From a virus, in the IMG/VR virus record IMGVR_UViG_3300027833_000016: a stretch of 64,000 bases of DNA, one strand, 5' to 3'. The notes beneath the pieces are model-generated. The model worked only from the letters and a program-made list of their open reading frames with translations, ran no database searches and was not told the DNA's origin. The translations under genes and the position numbers were made by a program. Positions 39,885-49,705 of this stretch are shown here, piece by piece (position 1 is the stretch's first letter; the number at the start of each line of letters is the position of its first letter).

Positions 39885-40857
39885 CGAGAAAGATCATGTA
39901 AAGACTGATACCCACATGGTAAATGTGGCACTCAGTGGATCTATGGACGGAGGTATTACTCCGGGAATGACGGTTCTAGCAGGCCCTAGTAAACACTTTA
40001 AAACATCGTTCGCATTGCTTATGGCAGGTGCGTACCTAAAGGAGTACAAAGATGCGATTATTCTATTCTACGATAGTGAGTTCGGTTCACCCCAGTCTTA
40101 TTTCGAGCAGTTTGGAATTGACCCTGATAGGGTTCTTCACACTCCTATTGCTAATATAGAAGAGTTGAAGTTTGACCTTGTGTCGCAGTTAGAGAACATC
40201 GAACGTAAAGACAACGTGATCATTGTAATCGATTCTATCGGTAACCTTGCATCTAAGAAAGAACTAGACGATACTCTCGCAGAGAAAGGTGTGGCAGATA
40301 TGTCTCGTGCCAAGTCTCTCAAGAGTCTGTTCCGTATGACTACACCATACTTGACCATGAAGAACATTCCTCTTGTTGCAGTCAACCATACCTACAAAGA
40401 GATCGGTCTGTTCCCTAAAGACATCGTGGGTGGTGGTACTGGTATTACATACAGTGCGGATAACATTTGGATCATTGGTCGTAGACAGACTAAGACTGGT
40501 ACCGAGGTTACAGGGTATGACTTTATCATCAACGTAGAGAAGTCTCGTTATGTTAAAGAGAAGTCCAAGATCCCAATCTCTGTCTCATGGGACGGTGGTG
40601 TTGAGAAGAACTCTGGTCTACTAGAGGTTGCACTGGCAGGTGGATATGTTATCAAACCAAGTAATGGTTGGTATAGTCGATGTCACGGCACCGAAGCAGA
40701 AGATCAGAAGTTCCGTACCAAGGCAACTCTGACCGATGAGTTCTGGGCACCTATCTTCGAAGAGAGCGACTTCAAAGAATTTGTTCGAAAACAATATCAA
40801 ATAGGGTTGCCAACCCAGTTAGATTGTGATATAATAGTGGATAGTAACAATGATTAA
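39808..40857 (+). CDS. uvsX: RecA-like recombinase UvsX
   Basis: AGPSKHFKT, FYDSEFG, DSIGNLAS, GGTGITYSAD. Confidence 0.96.
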   Translation: MSIMDKMKKNSKIKTTEVLSKSVFYNEKDHVKTDTHMVNVALSGSMDGGITPGMTVLAGPSKHFKTSFALLMAGAYLKEYKDAIILFYDSEFGSPQSYFEQFGIDPDRVLHTPIANIEELKFDLVSQLENIERKDNVIIVIDSIGNLASKKELDDTLAEKGVADMSRAKSLKSLFRMTTPYLTMKNIPLVAVNHTYKEIGLFPKDIVGGGTGITYSADNIWIIGRRQTKTGTEVTGYDFIINVEKSRYVKEKSKIPISVSWDGGVEKNSGLLEVALAGGYVIKPSNGWYSRCHGTEAEDQKFRTKATLTDEFWAPIFEESDFKEFVRKQYQIGLPTQLDCDIIVDSNND

Positions 40858-41218
40858 TGTAGACAAGGTATCAGAAGATATACATTATGAATTGATACCA
40901 GTTGAGTATGTTGATAACGATGCCGCGTGGGATGTAAGAATCCTGCGTGGTGAGTTCACCGAGACCGTGATACGGTTTGGAACTATCTCGTTTGATGGTG
41001 AGAGTGAGAACTTGAGGTTTGACTTCAGGGTTGTTGATTCACCGAGTGATGCCACCTCCGAGGTTGTAGAGTTACAGGAGTTCGCGGCAGACATACTGGA
41101 AGATATAATTGAGAATGGCATTCGTGATGGCAAGGTAGTCACACGAGACAGAGATAATGGAGAACAAATTGCAAGAGATACATCTGGAACAAACGATACT
41201 GAGGAACTTACTGACTAA
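40850..41218 (+). CDS. hypothetical protein (gp40 position)
   Basis: between uvsX and gp41. Confidence 0.6.
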   Translation: MINVDKVSEDIHYELIPVEYVDNDAAWDVRILRGEFTETVIRFGTISFDGESENLRFDFRVVDSPSDATSEVVELQEFAADILEDIIENGIRDGKVVTRDRDNGEQIARDTSGTNDTEELTD

Positions 41219-42569
41219 TGATGAGTACGCGAGGAAGGTTGCCGCTTTCCTCGATACTGATTACTTTGAAGGTGTCTACAAAGGACTCTTCTCTGAGTTC
41301 ACTAAGTTCATTGCTAAGTACAACAAACTTCCTACTATGGAAGCATTTAAGATTGAGGTCGATGAAGGTGATCGACTCAACGATGAACAATACCGCCATG
41401 CCATTGAGATCCTTCCTAACATCTTTGAGAATAAGGAAGAGAATCTTGAGTGGTTGCTCGAACGTACCGAGAAGTGGTGTCAAGACCGTGCGGTCTATAA
41501 CTCTATCATGGAATCTATTCAGATCATTGATGGTAAGCACCAGACTCTATCCAAGAATGCCATACCTGAGATCCTAAGTAAAGCACTAGGTGTTACCTTT
41601 GATACTAACATTGGTCACGACTACCTAGAGAACATTGACGAACGATGGGATTACTACACACGAGACGAAGAACACATACCGTTCGATCTGGATATGTTCA
41701 ATCAGATCACCAAGGGTGGTTTGGTCAAGAAGTCTCTGAACATTGCACTGGCAGGTACAGGTGTTGGTAAGTCTCTGTTCATGTGTCACTGTGCCGCAGG
41801 TAACCTATCTATGGGTAAGAACGTACTCTATATCACTATGGAGATGTCCGAAGAGAAGGTCGCAGAACGTATTGATGCTAACTTACTTAATGTTGCAATC
41901 GATCAGTTAGAGAACCTGTCCAAGAATGTGTTTACCTCTAAGGTTCAGGCAGTTGCCAAGAAGACCCAAGGTAAGTTGATCATTAAAGAATACCCGACTG
42001 GTCAGGCAAACGCGTCTCACTTCCGTGCGCTATTGAATGAGATGAAGTTGAAGAAGAACTTTATACCAGACGTGATATATATTGATTACCTGAACATATG
42101 TTCGTCTGCAAGGATGAAAGCAATGGGTGGTGCTATCAACTCTTATACATACATTAAGAGTATTGCCGAAGAGATCCGTGGTCTGGCAGTAGAGTTTAAT
42201 CTACCGATCATGTCTGCGACTCAGACCACTCGTGGTGGTTATGGTAATGATGATGTTGGTCTAGAGGATACTTCCGAATCGTTTGGTCTACCTGCAACGG
42301 CAGATCTAATGTTCGCACTGATATCTAATGAAGAACTGGCAAACAACAATCAGATCCTTGTTAAACAGTTGAAGAATCGTTACAATGATGCGACTGGTAT
42401 TAATCAGAGATTTGTTGTGGGTGTTGATCGTAACAAGATGCGTCTATATGATGTTGACCAGAACGACAACCCTATGAACAGAGAAGAGGATACTGGCCCG
42501 GTCTTCGATAATAGTAACTCAGGACAACGTATGAACGCAGAGAATAGATTTGGGGACTTTAAGTTATGA
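41157..42569 (+). CDS. gp41: replicative helicase gp41
   Basis: AGTGVGKSL, IIKEYPT, IDYLNI, SATQTTR, SESFGLPATAD. Confidence 0.97.
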   Translation: MENKLQEIHLEQTILRNLLTNDEYARKVAAFLDTDYFEGVYKGLFSEFTKFIAKYNKLPTMEAFKIEVDEGDRLNDEQYRHAIEILPNIFENKEENLEWLLERTEKWCQDRAVYNSIMESIQIIDGKHQTLSKNAIPEILSKALGVTFDTNIGHDYLENIDERWDYYTRDEEHIPFDLDMFNQITKGGLVKKSLNIALAGTGVGKSLFMCHCAAGNLSMGKNVLYITMEMSEEKVAERIDANLLNVAIDQLENLSKNVFTSKVQAVAKKTQGKLIIKEYPTGQANASHFRALLNEMKLKKNFIPDVIYIDYLNICSSARMKAMGGAINSYTYIKSIAEEIRGLAVEFNLPIMSATQTTRGGYGNDDVGLEDTSESFGLPATADLMFALISNEELANNNQILVKQLKNRYNDATGINQRFVVGVDRNKMRLYDVDQNDNPMNREEDTGPVFDNSNSGQRMNAENRFGDFKL

Positions 42570-42751
42570 GTCCAGAATACCAGACATTACTAACCCTTGC
42601 TTGCATGGGTGCCACATACTTCTGTGCGCACCACTACGGTAGACTTGCAGGGATTAGAGATACATTATTATACCTTGAGAAGAATGGTGACATAACAGTT
42701 GATTGGGAAGAAGAAAAAGTAAACGATGATAAGGATGACAAAGATGAGTGA
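42566..42751 (+). CDS. small hypothetical protein
   Basis: ATGA-coupled ORF. Confidence 0.55.
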   Translation: MSPEYQTLLTLACMGATYFCAHHYGRLAGIRDTLLYLEKNGDITVDWEEEKVNDDKDDKDE

Positions 42752-43409
42752 AGTAAACCTAGTAGCACTGAGTAAACCCAACGTTGGCGCAAGTGGTTGT
42801 TGGGATGCAAACGAATTGATTGCATATACAGCACGAGTAAGTAACCCTGCCAATCAGAACAATCCTGATACAGCACCTAAGTTGTTACGTTACCTAATCA
42901 AACATGGGCATTGGTCACCGTTTGAGATGGTTCATATGACTCTTGAAATCAAAACAACTCGTGACATTAGTAGACAGATCCTACGTCACCGTTCGTTTTC
43001 ATATCAAGAGTTCAGTCAACGATATGCCGAGTCCGAAGACTTTGTATCAAGGGAAGCACGAATGCAAGACGCGAAGAATCGCCAAGCATCTATTGAGACC
43101 GATGATCCTACTTTAGCAGAGAACTGGTCTATTGCCCAAGCACGAGTTATCCGTACTGCCAAAGAGGTATATAACTGGGCACTAGATAATGGTATTGCAA
43201 AGGAACAGGCAAGAGCAGTATTACCCGAAGGAAACACAGAGACAACATTATACATGGCAGGGTCACTCCGATCATGGATACATTATTGTCAGTTGCGTAT
43301 GGGTATAGAAACGCAGAAGGAACACCGCGAGGTGGCATTACAAGCATGGGAACATATTAAGATACACTTCCCAGACATTGCGGAGGCGTGTGATGAAGCA
43401 CATAACTAA
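42744..43409 (+). CDS. thyX: flavin-dependent thymidylate synthase
   Basis: HWSPFE, RQILRHRSFSYQEFSQRY, EQARAVLP. Confidence 0.96.
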   Translation: MSEVNLVALSKPNVGASGCWDANELIAYTARVSNPANQNNPDTAPKLLRYLIKHGHWSPFEMVHMTLEIKTTRDISRQILRHRSFSYQEFSQRYAESEDFVSREARMQDAKNRQASIETDDPTLAENWSIAQARVIRTAKEVYNWALDNGIAKEQARAVLPEGNTETTLYMAGSLRSWIHYCQLRMGIETQKEHREVALQAWEHIKIHFPDIAEACDEAHN

Positions 43410-43566
43410 AGTTGTCTTAGACGATGAAGGTAATCAATGCATAGAATTCTCAGATGAATTGATGTTAGTGCTTGACTTACAGGTGGGTAATGTGTTACAA
43501 TGGGACTTGTCTGAAGATAATCGATGGACATTAACTAAAATTAAGGATACAGAAGAAAATGAGTGA
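43393..43566 (+). CDS. AbrB/MazE-like small DNA-binding protein
   Basis: IEFSDELM..LDLQVGNVLQW pattern. Confidence 0.5.
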   Translation: MKHITKVVLDDEGNQCIEFSDELMLVLDLQVGNVLQWDLSEDNRWTLTKIKDTEENE

Positions 43567-43837
43567 TATGAAGAAAGGTGATGTAGTCACCGTAATGACA
43601 AGCGTAGGTGAGTATATTGCGCGATTAGAACGTATGGATGCAGGTATGATTCATGTGAGTAATCCACGACTTATTGTTCGTGGCGAAGAAGGTGCAATTG
43701 GTTTTGGTCGTGGTGTATGTATGTCTGCTATTGAGAACCCTAAGAACCTAACGTTTAACGATGTATTGTTTGTAGTACCTACGAATGAGTCATTCGAGAA
43801 AGCATGGATTGAAGCAACTTCGGGTATCATTATCTAA
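43559..43837 (+). CDS. hypothetical protein (Sm-like fold possible)
   Basis: GDVVTV..GEYIARL...SNPRL...ATSGII. Confidence 0.6.
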   Translation: MSDMKKGDVVTVMTSVGEYIARLERMDAGMIHVSNPRLIVRGEEGAIGFGRGVCMSAIENPKNLTFNDVLFVVPTNESFEKAWIEATSGIII

Positions 43838-44514
43838 TGTCGGAGATAACTATACGCAATGTGAAACTCCTTGAGACTCTTAACAGTTTCAGTGATGAGT
43901 TCTTCTCGAAGGAAGAGTATAACCATCCTCCGAGTCAGATGTATAGTTCCGTAAGAGATATGAGCATGGGTGAGTACTACTGCGACAGAGAATATCTGGA
44001 AGAGTGTCTTGCCCTACCTGAGACTATAGGTGTGCCAGTACGTCACTTTGCCCAACCGATCTCTAGGATGGTAAGAGAACATCCCAACAAAGAAGATTGG
44101 AAGGGTTTCATGCAGAAGGTCAAGTATGACTTCGCGGCAGAGATAGGTGCGCACACTAGTGCGTTACTATCTTACTACCCTCCCGGTGGGTTCGTGGGTT
44201 GGCATACTAATGCAGATGCTACAGCATATCAAGTACTATTTACTTGGTCAACTGGTAATGGTTACTTCCGTTACTACGACAAAGCAAATGATAAGATTGT
44301 AACTATACAGGACGTAGCAGGGTGGCAAGCACGTCACTACTACTTTGGCCCTGAGAATGAACCTGAGAATCATTGTTGGCATAGTGCCTATGCAGGAGAT
44401 AACCGCATAACACTAGCATACAAGTTTCCCGGACATGGAAAACATGATCCTCGTGACCAACAGGCACGAGACTTACGCGATTTATTAATTGAGGAAATTG
44501 AAAGTGTTGATTAA
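43837..44514 (+). CDS. putative 2OG-Fe(II)/cupin-fold oxygenase (paralog of 15254 ORF)
   Basis: YYPPGGFVGWHTNAD...FTWSTGNGYF...WHSA...RITLAY. Confidence 0.55.
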   Translation: MSEITIRNVKLLETLNSFSDEFFSKEEYNHPPSQMYSSVRDMSMGEYYCDREYLEECLALPETIGVPVRHFAQPISRMVREHPNKEDWKGFMQKVKYDFAAEIGAHTSALLSYYPPGGFVGWHTNADATAYQVLFTWSTGNGYFRYYDKANDKIVTIQDVAGWQARHYYFGPENEPENHCWHSAYAGDNRITLAYKFPGHGKHDPRDQQARDLRDLLIEEIESVD

Positions 44515-44767
44515 CAAACTATTACCAGAAGACCAGAAACGAGTTGTAAATGCAATCAAAGAGATGTCAGACAGTATGACACGCATTGACGCAGAGAAGG
44601 ACTTGATCAAAGATATTGTTCAGGTGACCTTCGAGAACCATGAGATCGACAAGAAGCATATTCGCAAACTTGCCGCTATATATCATAAAGCAAACATGGA
44701 TGAAGTCCGTACTGAGTTTGATGACCTAGAGTCGTTGTACGAGACGTTATTCAGTAAGGAGAAGTAA
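44504..44767 (+). CDS. dsbA: dsDNA-binding protein DsbA (T4-type)
   Basis: EMSDSMTRIDAEKDLIKDI...KLAAIYHK...LYETL. Confidence 0.75.
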   Translation: MLINKLLPEDQKRVVNAIKEMSDSMTRIDAEKDLIKDIVQVTFENHEIDKKHIRKLAAIYHKANMDEVRTEFDDLESLYETLFSKEK

Positions 44768-44768
44768 G

Positions 44769-45215
44769 ATGGGACATTATGATGAAGAAAGAGATTGCGA
44801 TGCACCAATCTTAGCGGCAGGGATGGGGTCAGTTGATAAAGGTATGATCTATGCGCATACTAACTTTTCCACTGAAATTGGTATGAATACTAACTTTTCC
44901 AGTGCATCTGAACCAGTGACCCTTGAAACACCAAGATTTGATATTAAGTACAAGTTCAACGAAGGTCAGTTGATCGCAGAGTTCGCAGACTATATCGACT
45001 CCACTTATGATGCTCATTACTGTACCTCTGGTATTCAGTCTAGTGAAGTAATCATTGACCGTGGTCGTGGTATGGGTTTCTTCCTTGGTAATGTGGATAA
45101 GTATTCTTCTCGTTATGGTAACAAGGGTGATGTGTCAGATCATCGTAAGGATCTTATGAAGGTATTGCATTATGCATTACTTGCATTACACACTCACGAC
45201 ATTGAAAATGCTTAA
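44769..45215 (+). CDS. DUF3310-like protein
   Basis: YIDSTYDAHY, GFFLGNVDKYSSRYGNKG, DLMKVLHYA. Confidence 0.65.
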   Translation: MGHYDEERDCDAPILAAGMGSVDKGMIYAHTNFSTEIGMNTNFSSASEPVTLETPRFDIKYKFNEGQLIAEFADYIDSTYDAHYCTSGIQSSEVIIDRGRGMGFFLGNVDKYSSRYGNKGDVSDHRKDLMKVLHYALLALHTHDIENA

Positions 45216-46015
45216 TGGCATATACCGACAACATCATGGTCTTCAACGGAGATTCGTTTACCTATGGTGATGAACTAAAAGGATATAAGGACAATCAGCA
45301 AGATCCACATACCTTTGCATATAAGTTAGCGCAGAATCACTTTAATAAGAAGTATGTGAATCTCGCAACAAATGGTTCATCGAACTCTAAGATCTTTCGA
45401 ACGACCCTAGACTTCATACATAACACTAACAAAGATATTGGTTTGTTGTGTATCATGTGGACGAACTGGGGTCGGTTTGAACTATGCGAAAACTTTGCAT
45501 TACCGTCTGATCAAGAGATCCTTATCCCCCAAGAATGTAACATGAACCAGATCATTCCTTCTCAGAGGTCAGGTGGTTTCCAATGGGACAACAAGGCAGA
45601 GGATGGTGGTCTGGAACGTGCTGAGATTCTAAAGGCATATACCGAGAATGTATTAACCATGCATACCCAGATAATGCAGGGGTTGACCTACATGGAACAC
45701 ATACAATGGTTGTGTGACTATATGGGTATCAAATTACTAATGGGTGTTGTGCATGGTGATATGTATCTGAACTACCTACATACTCTGAAGGGTGATGGGT
45801 ACGAAGACTACAAGGTTGCAGTATCGACTAAGATGCGTAGACTGAGACATGAAAATCGTATCGGGTTAGGTCATTATCACGCATTGTGGAATATCTCAAA
45901 GGATAAATATACACTGAGACCTAATGGTCACGCAGACGAAGATGCTCATACAGACTTTGCAGAAATGCTTTTTTCAATAACAGAAGAGAAGAACTTTATT
46001 AATGCTATTAACTAA
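45215..46015 (+). CDS. SGNH-like hydrolase
   Basis: NGDSFTYGDEL, NLATNGSSN, GHADEDAH. Confidence 0.65.
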   Translation: MAYTDNIMVFNGDSFTYGDELKGYKDNQQDPHTFAYKLAQNHFNKKYVNLATNGSSNSKIFRTTLDFIHNTNKDIGLLCIMWTNWGRFELCENFALPSDQEILIPQECNMNQIIPSQRSGGFQWDNKAEDGGLERAEILKAYTENVLTMHTQIMQGLTYMEHIQWLCDYMGIKLLMGVVHGDMYLNYLHTLKGDGYEDYKVAVSTKMRRLRHENRIGLGHYHALWNISKDKYTLRPNGHADEDAHTDFAEMLFSITEEKNFINAIN

Positions 46016-46769
46016 TGGTTGCAGTTTCGTCTGGGGAGATGAACTAGAAGGTTACGATGACAGTCCTCCCTCGCACGGACATTTAACCTTCACTGCTATT
46101 CTGGCAGGTCATTTGGGTGTTCCTTATATGAACCTTGCCACCTGTGGTGGATGTAACCAGAAGATCTTTCGTGATACAGTAGACTGGTTATCAAAGGAAG
46201 AGAAACCTAGTCACGTTGTTGTGATCTGGTCTGCATGGCAACGCGATGAAGTAGCAGAGAATCATCCTGTTGGTTATGAGCAAGAGATGAAGATCAAACG
46301 ATATGAATGTATGACTCAGATCTCTCCTTCGCGTACCAACAGCGTTAAACCAGAATTGTTTGATCTACTAGAACAATACTATGATGTGCATGATACTATC
46401 CGTACAGGGATGATAAGAACATTAACATATATGACGGCACTACAGACTATGTGTGATGCTATGGACATTAAGTTAGTGCAGGGTGTGTTCCACGAAAGGA
46501 TGTGGCAGAACTATCTCGACTTTATGAAACCTCGATACCGTAAGTCTAAAGAACCTTGGACTGAGTGGATGAATCATATCCAAAGAGAGATAGAAGGATT
46601 ACACGACAGGTGTAGATTAGGATTAGGTCGATACAAAGATCTGTTCTCGCTAGGAAAAGAACAGTACCAGATTAAAGACCACGGTCACCCAGACGAAGAC
46701 ACGCAAGTTCACTATGCGGATCTATTACTACATATATTTAATACTCAATTCGAGGTCGAAGATGATTAA
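46002..46769 (+). CDS. SGNH-like hydrolase (tandem paralog)
   Basis: NGCSFVWGDEL, NLATCGGCN, GHPDEDTQ. Confidence 0.65.
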   Translation: MLLTNGCSFVWGDELEGYDDSPPSHGHLTFTAILAGHLGVPYMNLATCGGCNQKIFRDTVDWLSKEEKPSHVVVIWSAWQRDEVAENHPVGYEQEMKIKRYECMTQISPSRTNSVKPELFDLLEQYYDVHDTIRTGMIRTLTYMTALQTMCDAMDIKLVQGVFHERMWQNYLDFMKPRYRKSKEPWTEWMNHIQREIEGLHDRCRLGLGRYKDLFSLGKEQYQIKDHGHPDEDTQVHYADLLLHIFNTQFEVEDD

Positions 46770-46980
46770 TACCGAAGCATTACTTAATATGTTGAAAGAG
46801 GGTACCGTGCGTATCAAGTATGGTCACTGGTTGACTGGCAGAGAACTTGTATGTAATGCCACTACCACTAATATAAATCAACACAAAGACAATTCTACTA
46901 TTGTCGTGTACGATCTCGTTAATGAGAAATGGGAAGACATTCGTGTTTCCACAATAAGTTCTTTCGAACCTATGCAATAA
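46762..46980 (+). CDS. small SH3/WYL-like hypothetical protein
   Basis: LKEGTVRIKY...VVYDLVNEKWEDIR. Confidence 0.5.
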   Translation: MINTEALLNMLKEGTVRIKYGHWLTGRELVCNATTTNINQHKDNSTIVVYDLVNEKWEDIRVSTISSFEPMQ

Positions 46981-47009
46981 AGAAACTCCAAAGTCTAAGT
47001 TGCTTCTTG

Positions 47010-47017
47010 TATAAATA
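47010..47017 (+). promoter_or_regulatory. late promoter for the curli/cyclase operon
   Basis: TATAAATA in intergenic region. Confidence 0.85.
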
Positions 47018-47048
47018 GATTTGTTAGTCTACTTTACAGGAATATACT

Positions 47049-47327
47049 TTGGAATTCTTATCATTCATCGGAGACGTAGGTTTCCCTATAGCGTCTGCAA
47101 TGGCAGGAGGATTCTTTGTATTCCTCACCCTCAAGTTTATTCTTGCAGGTGTGCTTGATGACATTAAGACACAACGTATGTTTGCTATGTCGCTTGATAA
47201 TAGAATCAAGACCATGAACAATGAACTCGTTCGCATTGATGTTTTGATGTCACACGCGTTTCATATTAAACCAGACATGGATCGTATTGCCAGAGCAGAC
47301 GGTCAAAAGGATGCGAGGAAAGATTAA
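47049..47327 (+). CDS. membrane protein with coiled coil (paralog of 47515 ORF)
   Basis: IGDVGFPIASAMAGGFFVF TM; LDNRIKTMNNELVRID; TTG start with AGGA RBS. Confidence 0.75.
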   Translation: MEFLSFIGDVGFPIASAMAGGFFVFLTLKFILAGVLDDIKTQRMFAMSLDNRIKTMNNELVRIDVLMSHAFHIKPDMDRIARADGQKDARKD

Positions 47328-47515
47328 TGTCAGATATTGATAAGTTAGGTTGTTTGTGGGTAGATTACCACATCAAACAGAATGGTAAAGACTTTAGAGT
47401 TGGCGGTGACCAACAAACAACTGATGAGATACTAGGTCGGTTGTATAATATAGGTGATACCTTCACAGTGAATGAAGAAGGTACCCTGATACATATAGGT
47501 AGCAAGACAGAATAA
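47327..47515 (+). CDS. hypothetical protein
   Basis: TAATG coupling on both sides. Confidence 0.65.
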   Translation: MSDIDKLGCLWVDYHIKQNGKDFRVGGDQQTTDEILGRLYNIGDTFTVNEEGTLIHIGSKTE

Positions 47516-47835
47516 TGGAAGAATTAGCAACCGCGATAGGGCAGTATGGTTTCCCGATAATTGCCGCAGGTGGTCTTGGATACTTCATATTATATATTTG
47601 GAGATGGGTGACTGAGGAAGTTGATCCAGTCATATCCGAATCTCATATGACATTAATTGCACTCATAGACAGAGTTAGAATGTTGGACAACGACTTGATC
47701 CGACTACAAACGAAACTCAATATGATACTGCAACAACAAGAAGAGAAAGGCGAGAGATATGATAAAGTTGGCACAGAACTTGCTTCTACTAGTGATACTA
47801 GTAACGATAGTACAGAAAGCGACAGCACAGGATAG
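47515..47835 (+). CDS. membrane protein with coiled coil (paralog of 47049 ORF)
   Basis: IGQYGFPIIAAGGLGYFILY TM; LIDRVRMLDNDLIRLQ. Confidence 0.75.
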   Translation: MEELATAIGQYGFPIIAAGGLGYFILYIWRWVTEEVDPVISESHMTLIALIDRVRMLDNDLIRLQTKLNMILQQQEEKGERYDKVGTELASTSDTSNDSTESDSTG

Positions 47836-48205
47836 TTACGAGTTTAACACTCCTACATTTAGTGGGATAGGATACTCTGCACACATCTTGACGCAAGAGC
47901 AGATGAAGCAAAGAAACAAAGAGACAGAAAGAGATCGGGAAGAATCACGATTAAGAGAAATAGAAAGGGATTTTGAGAATAGCAACTCACAACGTTTTCT
48001 AAACAACTTCGAGTCTAGAGTCTATGCTCAGTTGTCTAAGCAGTTGGTTGAATCATTGTTTGGGGAAGATCCTCAGTCAGATGGTACATTCAACTTAGGG
48101 GATGATGTTGTAACGTACTCCAGTGATGGTGTTACTATTACATTGACTATTACTTCACCGGACGGTACGACTACTACGATAGTAATACCAGTTGGTGGGA
48201 TATAA
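47759..48205 (+). CDS. csgF: curli assembly protein CsgF-like
   Basis: signal peptide, FNTPTFSG, RFLNNFESRVYAQLSKQLVESLFG, GTTTTIVIP; adjacent to csgG. Confidence 0.82.
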   Translation: MIKLAQNLLLLVILVTIVQKATAQDSYEFNTPTFSGIGYSAHILTQEQMKQRNKETERDREESRLREIERDFENSNSQRFLNNFESRVYAQLSKQLVESLFGEDPQSDGTFNLGDDVVTYSSDGVTITLTITSPDGTTTTIVIPVGGI

Positions 48206-48211
48206 TAAGTT

Positions 48212-48970
48212 ATGGGAAAATTAGGGTTACTTCTGGTGGCAATAATGGCGAGTGGTTGTGCAACTTTGCATACCCCACCTAATGTCGATCCAGAGAATTA
48301 TCGACCAGTAACACAGGAAAAGAGTAACTACTACTCTGATCCACCAGAACGAGGGAAGGTCTATGCGGCAGTATATAGTTATGCCGACTTGACTGGACAA
48401 CGTGCGCAAGGGACGCAGACTCTCTCTACTGCCGTAACGCAGGGGGGAGCAAACTACCTCATTAGTGCTTTGTCAGACTATAGTGATAGATCATGGTTTA
48501 GAGTTGTAGAACGAACTTCTGTAGATAATATCCTTCGGGAAAGACAGATAGTAAGGTCAACGCGTCAAGCGGCAACTCTAGATACGAAACTTCCTGCGAT
48601 GTTATATGCAGGAGTTATATTTGATGGTGGTATCATTGGTTATGATGCAAACGTACAGACAGGAGGTCAGGGAGCAAGAATCTTTGGTCTTGGGATGGCA
48701 GAAAAATATTCCCATCATCTTGTTACTGTATCATTGAGAGTCATTAGTGTAACAACTTCGGAGGTATTGCTTACTGTAATTACCGAGAAGAACATAGTTA
48801 GTTATGGAGATAATATTACTGGAATGAGGTTCTTTGATCTCGATAGGGAAGTATTAGAAATAGAGAATGGTATGAATGTCAACGAGGCATCATCATATGC
48901 CGTGCGCAAGGCGATAGAAAAGTCTGTTCACGATATTGTCCAACAGGGCATTAAACGTAATGTGTGGTAG
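48212..48970 (+). CDS. csgG: curli secretion channel lipoprotein CsgG-like
   Basis: lipobox ASGC; AVYSYADLTGQR, STAVTQGG, WFRVVER, LRERQIVR, GGIIGYD, GGQGARIFG. Confidence 0.92.
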   Translation: MGKLGLLLVAIMASGCATLHTPPNVDPENYRPVTQEKSNYYSDPPERGKVYAAVYSYADLTGQRAQGTQTLSTAVTQGGANYLISALSDYSDRSWFRVVERTSVDNILRERQIVRSTRQAATLDTKLPAMLYAGVIFDGGIIGYDANVQTGGQGARIFGLGMAEKYSHHLVTVSLRVISVTTSEVLLTVITEKNIVSYGDNITGMRFFDLDREVLEIENGMNVNEASSYAVRKAIEKSVHDIVQQGIKRNVW

Positions 48971-48994
48971 AGTACCGCACGAAGGAGAAATAAG

Positions 48995-49705
48995 ATGAGA
49001 ATGCAAAAAGGTATTCTCTTTGTTATGGGTTCATTGGTTATTGGTTTGGGGCACACACCCCTATACGCAGACCAATCAGTGTACATTGATCAGGTAGCAG
49101 GTGATAATCTGACTCTAACTATCAACCAGAATAGCGGTGACGGTAACAGTATCGGAGATCCAACCGCAGTTGGTGACTCGCAATACTTCGCGATAGACGG
49201 AGATAGTCAGACAATTACTGTAGATCAAATAGGTAGTAGCAACACGCTTACAGGCAGTATTTTATATACTGATACATTTGAGTTTGATTTGTCACAGACT
49301 GGTAGTACTAACACATTTGCTATTGAGCAAGAGGGCGGTAGTAACGGTTCTATTGTTGCAGACTTTGTTGGTAGCAATAACGATGTAATTATAGACGCAG
49401 GACTCGTAACTAGTTCTGAGTATATGAATTTGGACTTAGATGTTACTGGCGACTACAACGTGTTCGACTGGACTATCGATGCTGATGGTGTATTGAATAA
49501 TGTTACCGTTGCAGGTGACTACAACGACTTCGAGATTGACCAGAATGGTTATGGTACTAGTATAGATTACCATGAAGTAATTATGAATATGGTCGGTGAC
49601 AACAATGTGGTCGATATCATACAGGAAACTACATTAAATGCATCACATATTGACCTTGACCTCAGTGGTGATAATCAGGTTATTACTATTACTCAGTCTG
49701 ACTAA
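48995..49705 (+). CDS. secreted curlin-repeat protein (CsgA/CsgB-like)
   Basis: signal peptide; about 8 imperfect repeats of the Q/V-x-G-x-x-N-x5-Q type (QIGSSN, QTGSTN, VGSNN, TGDYN, AGDYN, VGDNN, SGDNQ). Confidence 0.75.
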   Translation: MRMQKGILFVMGSLVIGLGHTPLYADQSVYIDQVAGDNLTLTINQNSGDGNSIGDPTAVGDSQYFAIDGDSQTITVDQIGSSNTLTGSILYTDTFEFDLSQTGSTNTFAIEQEGGSNGSIVADFVGSNNDVIIDAGLVTSSEYMNLDLDVTGDYNVFDWTIDADGVLNNVTVAGDYNDFEIDQNGYGTSIDYHEVIMNMVGDNNVVDIIQETTLNASHIDLDLSGDNQVITITQSD

